The translations under genes were made by a program, and so were the position numbers. From Octopus sinensis (Eukaryota): a stretch of 64,000 nt of DNA. The notes beneath the pieces are model-generated. The model searched no databases, was not told the origin of the DNA, and saw nothing but the letters and a program-made list of their open reading frames with translations. The stretch is taken from the NCBI RefSeq assembly GCF_006345805.1, contig NC_042998.1:107074001-107138000 (forward strand), written 5' to 3'. Positions 39,083-55,255 of this stretch are shown one piece after another. Every line of letters begins with the position of its first letter. The first letter of the stretch is position 1.

Positions 39083-40467
39083 TATATAATATATAGATAT
39101 ATTATATATATATATATATTATATATACACACACACATCATCATCATCATCATCATCATCACTGTAATTACAGACACATGTGTGCTTGTACATGTGTATG
39201 CATTCTCGTACATTTCTATGTTTCTGAGTATGTATCATTCAGAAAGAAAAGTGAAAACACAAATGACAACACAACGGTATCATTATTGTACGAAACCTAC
39301 GATAAAGCAGTTTTAAGTCACAATGTCTCGATAAATCAGTTTAAGTTTTTTTTTTATTGGGGGGGGTAAGGTTTGTTGCGAATACTCGCTAAAGTTCTGT
39401 TGATTTTGTCAGCTGCATACTGTCTAGTATGGTGCCTTGCATTCAAGAGTCCTAATACATCGTGGATCATATTTGGCTTCTTCTATCCTTCATGTGAGTA
39501 AATCCTAAGTTTGAATTTCTGTAACAAAGTCATCTTTGCCGTGTTAAAGAAAAATTCGTTTAACAAGCTGTTAAAAAAACTTGTGCTAATAAAACTGTAA
39601 TACTAATACTACACGTATTAGACAGCTAACGATATCGCTGTTGCAACTATTTTATAGAAGAGAGACGGATGCAATTTTAAAATGGTACCCTTGAGATAGT
39701 GCGATATTTCGTTTCAAAATGTGGTGCAATGTAATGCATTTGTGTAAAAATGTTGTGAAATGTAATGTAGGACCGTTTAGTGTTTGATGTGGTCCCAAAA
39801 CTTTCATATTCTACTAATATGACACTTTCTGCCTGAATGCGCCATTCAACCCTCTTAGATTTCACTAGTCTTATATTAACTGTTTGTTTTAGTCTTAGCC
39901 ATGTGGTCTGCCTGTAATATATTTGGGTAAGTAATTTATCGGGCTACTGCCTGTTCGCATATCAAACTCATTGGGTAAATTGTTGCTGTAAATATTTATG
40001 TTACTGCTTATCCCACGTAATTGTGTTGGCGTGTTTTTTTTTTTAATTCTCAATGTTTTATTCTTCTGTAAATATAAAGGAGCTTGATTCAGACAGTTGT
40101 ATATTTGCGTTGTACATACGATTAGCATTAAATTTCTCTTTTCATAAGAATACAGAGTTTCATAGCATAACAACTTCCGGAGCAGGTGGATATTTAAAGA
40201 AATGCTACAAACTACAAGCTATTTTTGGCGACATTTGTTTATTGTCCAAGTATTCTGCGCTTTATGGAATAACACGTTCCAGAAAAACCTTGTCGTACCG
40301 CAGAATTCCATAACGTAATATCTATTTTCTATTTGATTTTCCACGTTTTAAATTGGGACGTGTTCAATGGAATTTTTGCAAAAACAAAATCAACAACCAA
40401 GAAATAAAATTACTTTCTTTAATGCATGAAATATTAATTTTTAAATACGTGATATATACATACATAT

Positions 40468-40860
40468 GGGGCAGGCGTGGGTGTGTGGTAAGAAGCTTGC
40501 TTCCGAACTACATGGTTCCGTGTTCAATCCCACCGACCAAAGCCTTGTGAGTGGATTTGGTAGATGAAAACTGAAAGAACCTATATATTATATATATTAT
40601 ATTATATATATATATATATTATATATTATATTGTGTATGTGTGTGTGTGTGTGTGTGTGGTGTGTGTGTGTGTAATCCCCATCGCTTGGCAACGGATGCT
40701 GATGCGTTTATGTCCCCGTAACTTAGCAGATTGGCAAAGAGACCGATGAAATAAGTACTGGGATCGATTTCCCCGACTAAAACCCTTTAAAGCGATAAGG
40801 CGTTGCTCCAGCATGGCCAGAGTCAAATGACTGAATCAAGTAAAATAATAAAAGAATAAA
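40468..40860 (+). mobile_element. SINE-A
   Basis: Head gtgtggtaagaagcttgcttcc, internal TA/GT microsatellite, tail ctccagcatggcc..gtcaaatgactga. Confidence 0.85.
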
Positions 40861-40874
40861 GATATTTCAAAATA

Positions 40875-42101
40875 CAGAGGTTGGTCAAAATAATGGAAAC
40901 ACCTTAAAACTTCAAACAAATTCATTTTATTATGGGTTAGGACAGCCTTTGGCAGTAATTACAGCTTGAATTCCACGATGTATGGACTAGTACAAAATTT
41001 GAATTGTTTCCAAAGGAATTTGTGTCCATTCTTCAACTAAAACTGTCTCCAGTTCTTGTAGTGATGATGGTGGAGGATATCGACTTCTTACTTGTTTTTC
41101 TAAAATGCACCATAAATGTTCAATAATATTGAGGTCTGGAGGATGTGATGGTCAGATGAGATGTTCAACTTCACTAGAATATTCTTCGTGCCATTCAGTA
41201 ACAACTTTACCGTGTGGATTGCCGCATTATTATCCTGAAAGATTGCGTTTCCCTCCGGAAACAGTTCCGCAACCATATGATGAATTTGATCAGATAAAAC
41301 GCTTAAACAGTCTTGACTATTAATTCTGCCATAAAGGGAAACCATTGGGCCGGCGGATTTCCAAGATATAGCTCCCCAGATCATCACAGATCTTTCCCCA
41401 TGTTTAACAGTTGGAAGAAGGCAGTCTGAGCCAAATGCTTCTTTTGGCTGTCTCCACACGTATATTCGGCCGGTGGTCGGAAATAAGGTAAAGGATGACT
41501 CGTCTGAGAAAATGACATTCTTCCACTGCTCTAGGGACCAATTCTGTAAGTTTTTACTCCACTCTAAATGCTTTGCGTTTATTTTTGAAAGTAGTGGTTT
41601 TCTGATTGCAGCTCTCCCGTGGAATCCGGCTTTGTACAGTTCCCGGCGAACAGTTCTTGTGGAAACTGGGTTCTCAAGGTGGTCATTAAGCTCTGTAGTA
41701 ATTCTGGGAGCTGTTCTTTTATGATCTTTTCTTACAATTCGCGTAAGGTCTTCTTCTAGAGTTTTGTTTCGACGAAGTTTTTTCCCTCTTTCTCAAAGGC
41801 TGTCATTACTTTCGGGACAGTACCTTGTGATACCCCAAACATTTCGGTTGTTTTCGTTATGCTAACGCCTGCCATACGAGCATCAACAATTTGACCTCTT
41901 TGAAAGTTCGATAGATCTGTGATTTTAATGAATTTTAATAACCTTTTTCTGATATCTGAAAAGAAACAACAATTTTAGCAAAATATATTAAGCAACACTA
42001 ATAATAAATCAAAAAACATAAAAATAAACAAGCTTTTGATGGTTTTATAGATATTTCAAAATTATGATGCTAGGTGCTTCCATTATTCTGTCCAACCCCT
42101 G
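40875..42101 (-). mobile_element. Tc1-family DNA transposon (inactive)
   Basis: TIRs cagaggttggtcaaaataatggaaacacct / caggggttggacagaataatggaagcacct; TA duplication at 40873-40874 and 42102-42103. Confidence 0.93.
40930..41923 (-). pseudogene. Tc1 DD34E transposase pseudogene
   Basis: DLSNFQRGQIV, GFHGRAAIRKP, VIFSDESSF, VKHGERSVMIWG, FQDNNA, PPDLNIIEHLW; frameshifts and stops. Confidence 0.9.
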
Positions 42102-42729
42102 TATATATACTAGGAATTAAATGGGAATGCAGTAACATTGTTCGGTACATACTTAATAGAAAAGTTACTGACTGTTGTGTAATAAGTGGTATTTATAAGT
42201 TACTGAAGGAAGACGGGAACCTACTCTCTGCTTTGTAAATCAGCAATGGCATTTGTTACATGAGTGACGAACTTATCCAAAGTTGTATGACATTTATATT
42301 TTTTATAGCTCACTACTGGATTTGAGTTCATAATAAACTCTTCCTGTAACATTTATGTTACGTTTACGATTAGGATCGTGAGAAGCAAAATCATGCAGTC
42401 CAGCAAAATCTTGCAGTCCTTTCTCACTAAGTGCCAATCATATAGTCAAATTCTTTGCAGCGAAATAGAATGGAATAAGTAGCTTCTTATCCTGCCAATC
42501 TTGTTCAGATATTATCAGCTCCTCATAAGACAAAATTTCTTTGAGACCCTGGCAATTTAACAACGTCATTTTCTACGACTTCGAATTTTACAATATCTTA
42601 CTGAACTTAATATATATTTTCTGCGGGTGAAGACTATAAAGTGACGAATAGAGTCTGGTCATATTTTACCAAAGGCTATTTATGGCTGAGAATATCACTT
42701 CATCCCCTAACTCGGTTATATTATCTTTC

Positions 42730-42925
42730 TTTTATCTTTTACTTGTTTCAGTTACACGACTTCGGCCACGCTGGAGCACTGCATTAAATGGTTTAGTTGA
42801 ACAAATAGCTCGCAGTAGTTATTTTTTAAGTTTGGCATTTATTCTATCGATTTCTTTCACTGAACTGCTAGATTACGATGGCATAAACAAAGCATCATCA
42901 TTTCGGTTATCAAGCGAAAGGGGAA
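42730..42925 (-). mobile_element. SINE-A 3' fragment
   Basis: tacttgtttcagt...ggccacgctggagcac is the reverse complement of the SINE-A tail. Confidence 0.7.
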
Positions 42926-44244
42926 CAAAATCAGAAGCTATAACGATGTTTGTAGCTTTATATAAAATATTCTTAAAGCATTAAATCACTCAAACCGGTG
43001 TAGCATATAACCTTTCAATTCATTTTTGTGGCCACTGAATACTGACAATTTGCAGACCATTCAGATGACATTACCATAGTTTGGGTTTTACCGATTTGGA
43101 AAAAAAATTGCCAGTAGACTAAAATATATAATTTATATATATAATTAAATTTAGATTGTAACTAAAACACTAAATTTTGTTTGATGTTGTTGCGAGCAAT
43201 GACAGGAAAATATGTAAAAACAAAAATACAAAAGTTAACAAAACAAAAAATATTGCAAGTAATTTTTTAAAAACATTACAATACCTAAACATATATTTTT
43301 AGCCTTGGATTTCACAAATCACTTTACAAAAGAATAGAAAAAGCTCTTTCCAATATTAATAAAAGGTATTTGAATACCAATTTATTATAAAGTGAAAAGA
43401 AAGATAAAATAAAACTTCGAGATAAGCGTTAAAATTTATTAAAATAAAAAGGGAGTGACATAATACCGTTTTGTGTGTTAGTTGTTTGAAAATTTCTTTT
43501 ATCACAATTTAACAATTTTTTTCATCTAAAAAAATTAAATATGTTTATTGATTTTATGATCAATAATGTTCCTGGAATGTGACATTTCCAGTTTATTAAC
43601 TAACAATGGACAAGAGAACAGGGATAGTAGACACACACACTTATGAACACACATATGCATACAAACATACATGCATACATACATACATACATACTACATA
43701 CATACATACATACATACATACATACATACTACATACATACATACAATCTTACATACATATATACATATATGTAAATGCAGATATACATAAACTTAGAGAT
43801 ATACATTTATACTTATGTATACATGCATAAGTATATATATTATGTACATATATATATTATATATACATATTTTATATACACACACAGTTTTACATATATA
43901 TGAACATGTATGTATATATATATGTTTCTATGTATATATATATATATGTATCATATATTTCTATGTATATATATATGATATATGAACAGATAAAGAGTAT
44001 GCGGCTATGGATTTTAAAACTTCGCATATGTTTTGGAAAAAAAATTAAAACTATGTATTGATTCCTCAATGGACTCTAAAGACCTGCACAGTCATTTAAC
44101 AAAGATTCACACCTAAGATTGAATATGTGAGAATGTGTTTATTGATTATTAGATATATGTATATGGAAATGTGTGTATGTATGTATGTATGTAAATATAT
44201 ACACGTATATCGAAATATAATATATATATATGATCATATATACT

Positions 44245-44492
<248 letters not shown>

Positions 44493-47400
44493 CTTAATAA
44501 ACAAGTGCGAAGTAATTACAGCCTTTCGAAGCAACCGTTTAACTGTTTCTATGTTTCTAAGCTATATGATTGGAGAGAAAAAGTTATTTTTGCACACGCT
44601 TTGATGAGATCAAATTAAATCATGTTATTGATTATGCAGTAATGATCTCATCGCAGAGCCATTCTTTGTTTAAGTCTTAAGAGAACGTGCGTATTTGACC
44701 CAGTGCTTGCATATATCTGTCTCTCTTTCTCTCTCTTTACTTCTCCTTTTCTTTTATCGCTTTACCTATCCCTACGTACTTATCTCTCAACGTACTTATC
44801 AGTAGTATCAGTATTATCTTCACATTCAACAATTTTCTAGTCTATATCTCTATATGCATACCATTGTGTGTGTATGAGTATGTACACGTGTGTGTCTATG
44901 TGTGTGTGCGCGTACATTTTTTTAAGCATACATAATCGAGTGTTCGTAAATATTTTAGTTGTTATTTCACATACGCTTTATAACAATTATTGTCATAATT
45001 ATTGAAATTTATTTCTGTGTTAACCATTTTCAAATAAATATACGAAAAGGACAATTGCTTGAAATCATTGTTTTAGCATTAACTCGCTGAATACTAAATC
45101 AAACAAAATCATTACTATCTTGACAGTAACCTAATGAGTCAACATTTCAAACGATTGCCTTCACATGTTCGGCTCAATTTGACGAAATGCATTACAAACA
45201 ATTCCGATTTCATTGTTAGAACAGCCAGGTCAGCGAATATTAAGGTTTTTGAATTCATTTGTATCGTGTTCCTAATATCAGACGTTTACATTAATTCCAT
45301 TTTAGGCTTATTTTTAAATAAAAATAGACCTAATAAGTTAAAAATAGATGAGATTTTTTTCTTTTTTCATATCAAGAAATAATGACATTACACGTGAGAG
45401 ATGTAAATTGTTTCAACAAATCAGCTTCAATGCTTAACCAACGCAATAATCAATCTCTGAATCATACTGAAAAACCTTTTGACTGCTATATGGAGTTATA
45501 TGACATCTAATGATTTTATGATGTCTGTTAAAACTGAGGACGAATAACAATGGCTGAGTGAATAGGTTCCCCATGAAGATGAGAGTTCATATATCATCAC
45601 TGGTGCTGTTCTTCCCCTGCACAGACACACATGTCAAATCCCCTTTTACCAAACTGAAATTTTATGTAACTCAGGGGATAGCAATAATTACAATTATCAA
45701 CCAATTCATTATTAATTTATACTAATGAGATTACGTTTTGCGAGTCACATATATCCATATACATTTCCTCTGTCTTTGTCGTTTAAGAAAGATGAGTCTT
45801 TTTCTGCACAACAGCTTAGAGCGTGAGCATTGATTAACTTATTCTGTGTAACTTATTTTTAAATGCACACACAAATGCGAAAGAATATTTGTAAATATCA
45901 AAACACATTTTCTAATATTCTGCTTCTAATTTCGTCTCTAGTGCCATTACATACCGTCTTTCTGTTTTCATGAGGAATGGTACACGAGTAAAAATATGGA
46001 GTAGATTTTGAAATGATCAGTTTCTATTTTACTTTCAATTATCTTCCAATACCTTTCTGAAACCATTTTTATTTCAAAGCAACATGCATTTTAAATATAT
46101 CTATCATATAAAATTATATTTTTCTCTCACTATCCCTGAAATAAAATTTCAGATGTCCTTGCCTCGATAAAATTCAGTCAGTTTAAAGAGTTTGAACATC
46201 ATTAACTTCAAATACGTTATAATGTATGTCTAACCCTATATAAATAAATCGGCATAAAGATGGTTGAAACAACTTTTTGTCCATGTAGGGTTATTAAAAT
46301 ATACAGAATTTCCTGTATAATTAAATCCTAGTAGCCTATTATCATTATTATCTATATCGTTAGCAGGGAAGGCAATGCATCATGAATTTCTTGTATTTCT
46401 GATTAGTATTTATAATGGTGATTAGTGTAATTGATTTCAGTGGATGAAGAGGAAAATGTGAAAGTCATTCTTTTTCAATCGTCGTCGGGGATATGAGTGA
46501 AATAAATTCTGGCAACAACCGGTGTTCAAAATCAGGTAATGGACCTGATTTACTTTTACGGTTGAACACTGATCAGCAACTTTAATCTAATTATTCTAAA
46601 TCAGCGATTTCTTACTTGGGCAGTCGTACTCCCTTGGGAGCATGGGGAGCTCATACATGGAGACGATAAATGTCAAAAAGGTACTATCACGAGAAGTGGG
46701 TGTTTGAGTGGATCGTGATTTTTCTTAGAAATAAGATATTTAAACCAGGTCCAATACTTATATTTTAAGCACATTTGCGAAACAAATTTTTGTCTGGATT
46801 AGAAAATTGTTATCAGTTTCCAAAAAGGGTGATTATCCATCAAGAACCAATAAATTTTCAATGCATAAGGTTTTGATTAAAATAATCTGATTTTTTCTTC
46901 TTTTTTATTTTTGTCTTTTTTTTTTTTTAGGGATCGCAAAATATGAAGAGGAGCGTTTATAAAACACCCAAAGTGAAAAGAGTCACCGAGCTCCAAAACA
47001 GTGTATTTCTTTTGGAAATATACTGTTCAAAATGTATTTATGAAACGGTCATGGGAAATAGAAATTATTTTAGCTATGTTAGATATTTATTCACTCCTGA
47101 AAATTTTTTCCATGATATTAGCACTAGCTTGTTAGAAGTGCTTCACCTCTTTGATCTGAATAGTCAAATGCGAGACATTTAGCGACAAAATAAAAAAAAA
47201 ATCTATGAACAATAATCCAAATGTTCAATGTTTTTTATCTATAGTAACGATCGAACAAAAGAGTGTCAAGTTTCACAAGCAAATCATATATGGCGTTGAT
47301 TACTATTGAGTTTTAAATCGATTATCTTGGTCATCTATTTGGAAAACAACCAGTCCATTTCCCAAAATATCGAACCACTATGGCGCCATATTCAGCAGAG

Positions 47401-47601
47401 GATTTTGGCACTTAACATTAGATTCAAATCAAACATATATTTTGTAGCTTTTCAACCTTTATTCATTTACCTTTCTCCATTTTCTGACTTTCTCTCAATA
47501 GTTTCCTTATGGCATATTTCATAGATGAATACAAATTTTATATACTGTCTACGTTCACTTCAACTATCTCCAAAGACATTTTGTTCCTCTCCCTCTCTCC
47601 T

Positions 47602-47604
<3 letters not shown>

Positions 47605-47667
<63 letters not shown>

Positions 47668-47727
47668 TATATACATATATAAGTATATATATATGCATAT
47701 ATATATGTATATACATACATATATAAA

Positions 47728-47777
<50 letters not shown>

Positions 47778-47860
47778 ATATATATTTATATATCTGTATA
47801 TCTGTCTACACATATATATCTGTATATCTGTCTACACACACTTGCACACCACATACTCAC
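47605..47860. repeat. (CT)n(TA)n compound microsatellite
   Basis: Direct reading. Confidence 0.9.
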
Positions 47861-48445
47861 ACATGCAACACAATATGGCCTTTCATTATTATTTTGCTTA
47901 TCTGGTTTCATACTTTTTATATACGCTGATCGTATTTCATTTTATGCCATTTCTTCCTTCCAACTTTTTCAAAGATTTCAAGGCTGTAATACTGCCAATA
48001 TTCGGCACCACTGTCCATCTTTTTTTACTACCATTTTACCTTTCAGCTAAATCTACATTATGTGTATGTTTTGTTTGTTTTGTCGTTGTTTTTTGTTTTT
48101 GTTCAACTTCGTCTCCAGACAATCAAAATGTTGACTTCTCGGTCTTGTGACTCTCACGAGTTAGGAGACACTAAAAGTACTGATGAAATCATTAAAATCG
48201 ATGGCAATGCCTTCGGCATAATTTAATGTCTAATGCCGACAACTGAGAGAAAATGTAACTCACCGAAGTTGATAGACTTTATGGCTGTTGTTCAGAAATT
48301 CAAGAGAAACACCAAATTACTCTTTGTTTTTCTACTTCGAATTTACTGATTCTTCCATTTTTGCTTTTTTACTTCATTGTGCAGCTATTTTGTTACAGTC
48401 TAGCTATTTACAGATAGTGACATAAGCCAGCTTCTAAGTTTGTTT

Positions 48446-48494
<49 letters not shown>

Positions 48495-48498
<4 letters not shown>

Positions 48499-50335
48499 AG
48501 AAGTGGCTGTGTGGTACGTAGCTTGCTTACCAACCACATGGTTCCTGGTTTAGTCCCACTGCGTGGCACCTTGGGCAAGTGTCTTCTACTATAGCCTCGT
48601 GTAGACCAAAGCCTTGTGAGTGGATTGGTAGACGGAAGCTGAAAGAATCCTGTCGTGTATATATACATATATATATATATAAAACAAAATGTACGAGGAC
48701 AACCGAAAATAATCAACTTATCAAAGAAAATCCTAAGTACTACACAAACTAAAATTCTAGCAAGAGGTTTAAAGTTTACACCAACCCCTCGCAGATCGAA
48801 CTCGAATGAAATTAAGGATAACACTATGGATTTTTGTCGCAAATTGCCCCTCACAGAAGCACTTCACAACTACACCAGCGAAGATGACTCAATAGTAAAA
48901 AACAAAAGCGAATACTGTCCTACAAAAGTGAGAAATAAAGTACTTGATGATTTTTGTGAACACAATACCAATTTTCCTCTCAATACCCTACAAAAACAAG
49001 TATATATATCATACCTTAACACAAATCAGCAGAAAAACCTGACCGAGTTTAAAATGACATAAACCTGACTATTAAAGAAACTGATAAAGGAAGTGCGGTA
49101 GTAGTGACGGACATCGAGTACTATAAAAATTTGATACTCTCTTTGTTGGAATACAATATTTACTATGAGAAGATAGTACAATACAACCCACAGAACATCC
49201 TCTTAACTTCAAATACATGGAAAGGGCCTCACTAAAAAAGAAATTGACTATCCAGTTTTCAATACAGACCAAGTCTATTCTACTACAGATTACCTAAAAT
49301 ACACAAAAATCTACATATTTCTAAAGCTTGCAAAGGTTCTCCAAGCCTATGCATTAATGTTCCTCCCCTTACTGACCTCAAACTAAGACCCATCATTGCT
49401 GGCCCTGCTTGTGAAACTCACCGTTTGAGCGATTTCCTCGACATCTTTCTAAAATATGTGAAAATATGTGAAAAGCTTCATCAGGGACATACTTATCCAC
49501 CTCCCGAAGAGAATGAATGAAGGAATCCTGTTAGTATCATTCGTTGTTGTGAACCTGTACGCCAATATCCCACACGATTATGACATAGAAAATACCCAGA
49601 AGAGATCCCAGGACGCATCAACCACAGATTCATAATCGCAGCACTGAAATTCATCCTACTATAATCAATATATTGGCCAAACAGGAATATCACTCCGTCG
49701 AAGAACCTCTCTTCACAAAGAACAAATCCGCCACCCACAATATATACAGATACAGGTCAGTGAACACATAAGTAAGTGTGTTAGGAACCTTAATCCTAAT
49801 TTCCTAATTTTCCCCTTCTATCAATGTTCACAGAACACCTCAGTACAGCAAAGAATGAATAAAGCAACTTTCATCGATAAATATCATCCACAACTTAACA
49901 TGAACACAGCATAATATAGAACACTACTTACCTTACCAATAATGCCACTAACACTCATACATTCCTTATACCATTCATATTACAGTATTATATAGACCCT
50001 AATTGCACCACATCCAGAACTACTTACCTCCCTTACACAATCTTTTTACTCAGGGACTAGTAGACCCGACACTGTTTGATAATCGGTGCGCATTCAAAGC
50101 CAGTGAACAGCAATGACGATACCGGTTTGACTTTGAATCCCTTTAACAATTCAAAATAATGAATTTAATTCATCTTAATTCTACCTCAGTTCATCTAATT
50201 GTATTTATTTATCACTACTTTTCATTAAAAAAAGCCTTTAGTTTTTTTATATTTAATGTGCATTTTCGCTTTTTTTCTTCTTATCTTATCTTTTCCACGT
50301 GTACTTTCTATTTTCTTTTTGAAACATGTTTCTAT

Positions 50336-50382
<47 letters not shown>

Positions 50383-50560
50383 ATGTGTGTATGTATGTAT
50401 GTATGTATATATATATTTGTATGTATGTAGGTATGTATATGTTAGTGTGTCTGTGTTTGTCCTCATCATCGCTTGACAACCGATGTTGGTGTGTTTACGT
50501 CCCGTAAACGATAGAATGAGTACTAGGCTTTCAAATAATAAGTCTTCGAGTTGATTTGTT
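48495..50560 (+). mobile_element. SINE-A split by a Penelope-like fragment
   Basis: Head 48495-48656; tail ~50440-50560. Confidence 0.82.
48682..49912 (+). pseudogene. Penelope-like RT/GIY-YIG remnant with large internal deletions
   Basis: IINLS..LARGLKFTPTP, IKETDKGSAVVV, YRLPKIHK, LRPIIAGPACETHRLS, VVNLYANIPHD, VSEHISKC...FPFYQC...FIDKYHPQLN*. Confidence 0.85.
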
Positions 50561-50958
<398 letters not shown>

Positions 50959-51029
50959 CATACATACGCACCTACATACATGTATAGAAATATATGTATG
51001 TGTATGTGTGTCATTGTTCAGTTTTGTTT

Positions 51030-51490
51030 CAAGATTTCTTGCCAATAGACAAAGGGCCGGTTTCATTAGAATTTCAACATCAACAACAGGGTATGTATGT
51101 ACGCATGTAGGTATGTATATGTGCAGATATGTATTTTCGTTTTACGTATGTATTCTCATGCATATAGTTGCATATCTAGACATGCTCATATATATTCAAA
51201 TGATAAAAGTCTGGAAAGTTTTACAAAGTTTTACAGTTCCAGTGATGGATTAGATATGTAGTCTTCGAATTAACTTTCTCCTTTCTGGTTTCGGGAAGCC
51301 TAATTTCTCAAGATTGGTATTTGGGCAGTGTGTTACATATCCCAGGGCCCCAACAATTACAGGTATAAACCTGAACTTATAATATGGATAAAGTAAGTGC
51401 AGATGGTTCGATAGTTCAGCGGAGGTATTCTCTTTTTGACTGATCTTCACCTTTATGTTAACATCGGCTAGGCAGCTAATTTCCACAACT
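51030..51490 (-). mobile_element. 3' end of a different RLE-type non-LTR retrotransposon
   Basis: VVEISCLADVNI..KENT..EL...LYPYYKFRFIPVIVGALG...ITGTVKLCKTF; (CA)n-rich flanks. Confidence 0.7.
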
Positions 51491-51494
51491 GTAT

Positions 51495-51523
51495 GCATAT
51501 GTATGTATGTATTATGTACGTAT

Positions 51524-51560
<37 letters not shown>

Positions 51561-51596
51561 CATTTACATGCATGCATATCTGTATGTGTGTGTATG

Positions 51597-51670
<74 letters not shown>

Positions 51671-51783
51671 ACTGAGGTCTGAGTTATTACAAAATGTAAT
51701 ATTGAATTTTTCTTTTGTTGAATTTCTCTCTCTTCTTACACCTCGTTTCCTTTTTTCGTCCTAATGTCCTCTCTGTCTCTCTC

Positions 51784-51818
<35 letters not shown>

Positions 51819-51870
51819 TTCCTTCTCTCTCCCTGCTCTATCTCTCTCCTATCTCTCACCCTCTCTCTCT
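51495..51870. repeat. (CA)n/(GT)n/(CT)n microsatellites
   Basis: Direct reading. Confidence 0.92.
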
Positions 51871-54800
51871 TTAGCTCCCTTTCACTTCTCATCTTCACTC
51901 TTCTTGTACGGAGACGAAAATAAACCGTAATACTTTTCATTTACCAAAATATATTTTATACAAACCCCTGTACAATGGTGAATATTATACGTGGTCTGAG
52001 GATAATTTGACTACTATTTCTAACATTAAAGCAAACCTTGTGGTGTCATTCTAGTTGACTCTGACAGTAGGTTTGTGCTTTGAAGGAAAATTGGATGTTA
52101 TTTTCCTCTGATGTGGCAAAAATGTACAGGGTCTCGTTGGATCATACATACACGGATGTAATAGCCAATGGAAGGGAGTTTACATGTTGTTATGCCTATC
52201 AAGTCAGGATATCATCTAGAAAGTCCGCCGCTGGTTTCTTGTCTAATATTTGTCCACTATAACGAAGGTGATGTTGGTAAGTAAAATAAAAGCATCTCAG
52301 AGGTCATTAATGTGACAACGTTTTAAATACATTCAGAAGACAAACATAGACACCGTTTATTGTTGTGAGTTATATATTGTCGCATTTAAGGGGTGCCATA
52401 AGTGGAAACAGACATTCCATTTCAGGTTTGTCGATAATTTTGCATATACAGAATTTTGATTTTGTACTCTTTAATTGATTTCATTGTTGATGATTATGCA
52501 GTAGTAGTTATTATTTAGACCCCAAGTAAATCCTGAAGGAGGAAACATATAGTGAAAAGGCTTTCCAGTTGTGATCATGCTATTTTTCTTATATTATTCG
52601 AGCAGGTAGATTTCAATTTGAGAATTTTTTCAGAGTTTCACAACAAATTACTCATGAGAATGGTTCGTTGCTATCATAACCAGCATACTTCTGCTCTCTA
52701 TGTTTTTCCATGTGTGTCTTTCATTTTCTATCTACTTCTATTCCACTATTCCTGAGAGACAGACAGGCAGAGAAAGATTAGATAGAGACAGAAGAATATA
52801 CAAAAACAGAATTTGACGTCATACAAACGTGTTTCGAATTTTTCTTTTACTGACACGACTACTCTTTTTCAACGCATGCAAATAAACATTTTGCAATACT
52901 ATTCCGTTATCTTCCTGCATTTCCATTTTTACAGCCAGCAGAATGTGTTGTGATGTTCATACTTTTATCAAATCCACTTTAACAGGATTATCTTCAACCA
53001 AGAAATGTGAGCGGCCATAAAGTTGATTTGCTATGAGGTTTCCTATCCATAGTCTGCAGACCTTACCATACTTTAATATGAATATTAATATGAGTTAAAT
53101 ATATAAAAGTCAAACTTGACAAGTAATTACAACAACATTGACCCATCAACTTCTCATCAATAACATTCATTTCTCAAATCCATTAACCCTTATTATCATT
53201 TATTTTTCTGGGTGGTTGATCGATTTTGAATGATATGGAGAGAAGAACAGGATATAACATTTATTCAATATCATACCCAACTAAACGATCGAAGTAATTG
53301 CTTCTATAATTTTGTGATATCTACATGGAAATTTTACTTCCCTTGGATTTGTACTTTTGATAAAGAAACTCACATACAGAGCAGCGCAAGTGTTAAACTA
53401 TATATCCCTGATCACCATGGATAAACTTCAACCATCGTTACTACAATGCAATGTCTTAATTATCTGTAGACATATTAATCTTAATTGTAAATTATTTTTA
53501 ATGTAAAACAGAGACAAAGAAAGTTTTTGAACGCTCATTACTTTCTGAGAAGCATATTAAAGAACTTAAGTGGTTCCATCGAAAGGAATTTAGGTCACTA
53601 ATTGCCAAGATTTATCGATGTATTATATCTTCCAAAACGCTTTCACGTAGTAATAAATAAACGCTCTTATATGTCGAGTAAGTAAAGTAAATTTTAGAGT
53701 AGGGGTAAAGGTTAATAGATGTGGTTTACAACTAGATGATAAACATTAAACGGTAAAATTATATTCGAGATAACAATAACTGTCGGATATCAGCAATTTC
53801 TTTGATGCTTATTTTGATCGTCTTATCATTCCATTCCAGCTTCTAACTTCTTTGTACAAGGTAATTTTGCGTTTGCATTCCACCAGTTAGTCGATTTTGT
53901 TCTCGAAAGTGAATAAATCTCACTATAGGAACACCTGAAATATTTCGTCTTCTCAGAATCAGGGCTACATCTTATCATTCTATTATTTATAAACACCAAC
54001 TGGCTTCGTCGGCCCATTGAAAGATTTGTGGTTTGAAACCTACAGCAACAATACTTAACTCTTGATGAGCCAGTGCACTTCATTACAGACAAGTGCTACA
54101 AAACGGTCTTATGGAGATGAGTATGGCATTTGATTACCATGCAAAATTGAAATTCTCTCTTATAGGAAGCATATAACCCTTAACCAATCTATTCTGGGAA
54201 TAAAGTTTCCGAGGCAGGAGATATAATCAAGAACCTGTTGTAAAACTGGATTATATTAATCCCTCAACTATAATTCCAATGCTGATTGCTCTCCTCATCA
54301 TCGGTATTTCCGTTATTCTCTATTCTAAGGTTAAATGAATCACAAAAAAGTTCCAATCGCGAACATTCTATCGTTTTTTTATCAGAGGCGGCTACATTGT
54401 CAAGTGTATATTTTATATTTAATGTTGTATGATGTAAATTGAAGACTTGGGCGCTATTTTAAGTAGATTGCACGACCATGTGGCGGTCCCCGCGTTGATT
54501 CATTGATTAGAATGGATAAATTCCATATTGTAATCCACTGCTATAACCTCCTCATGAAATAAGAACGTCACATAAATAAGGTTATTTTTACATAACAAAC
54601 AACATTTCACAAAATTCACACAAAGCCTTTGAAATATTTCTCTGAATATATGTTCTATCTTGTATTGCACTTCTAAAGTTATCCTACGTTTTTAAGGGAA
54701 AAGCTTATCTTATTAACTAATGGTTCCTTTAAAAGGCAATCCTTTTGTCTTTCCCCTTTAAATACTTCGATACTCATTAAAATCACGCTCCTTGTCTGTA

Positions 54801-55084
54801 AATTTTGGTAACCCCAACGCTGACATTTTAACAGAATCTATCTTTCAATTCACAAACATTTTTTTAATGTTGATCAATGTTATTTGGTTAATGGAGTAGA
54901 AAGTACTATAAAAAGAAATCAAGCAGAAATCATACATAGTATATGTGTTCGGATAATTATATATGCCTTTTGATAAGTACGCTAGTATGATGATTGAGAT
55001 GTATGTATGGTGCATGTGTGAGTGATTTTCATAAGCATACGAGTATATGTGATCGATTTTATAAGAGTGCATATATATATATTC

Positions 55085-55142
55085 GTATGTGTGTGTGAGA
55101 GAGTGTGAGTGTGGTGTGTGTGTGTGTGTGTGAGAGAGTGTG

Positions 55143-55186
<44 letters not shown>

Positions 55187-55224
55187 TGTGAGTGTGAGTG
55201 TGTGTGTGTGTGTGAGAGAGTGTG

Positions 55225-55255
<31 letters not shown>

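Noticed and set aside
44020-44140. Possible PLE RT scrap (HSHLTKIHPKIEY-like)
   Set aside because: Too short and requires a frameshift; unsupported without a profile search.
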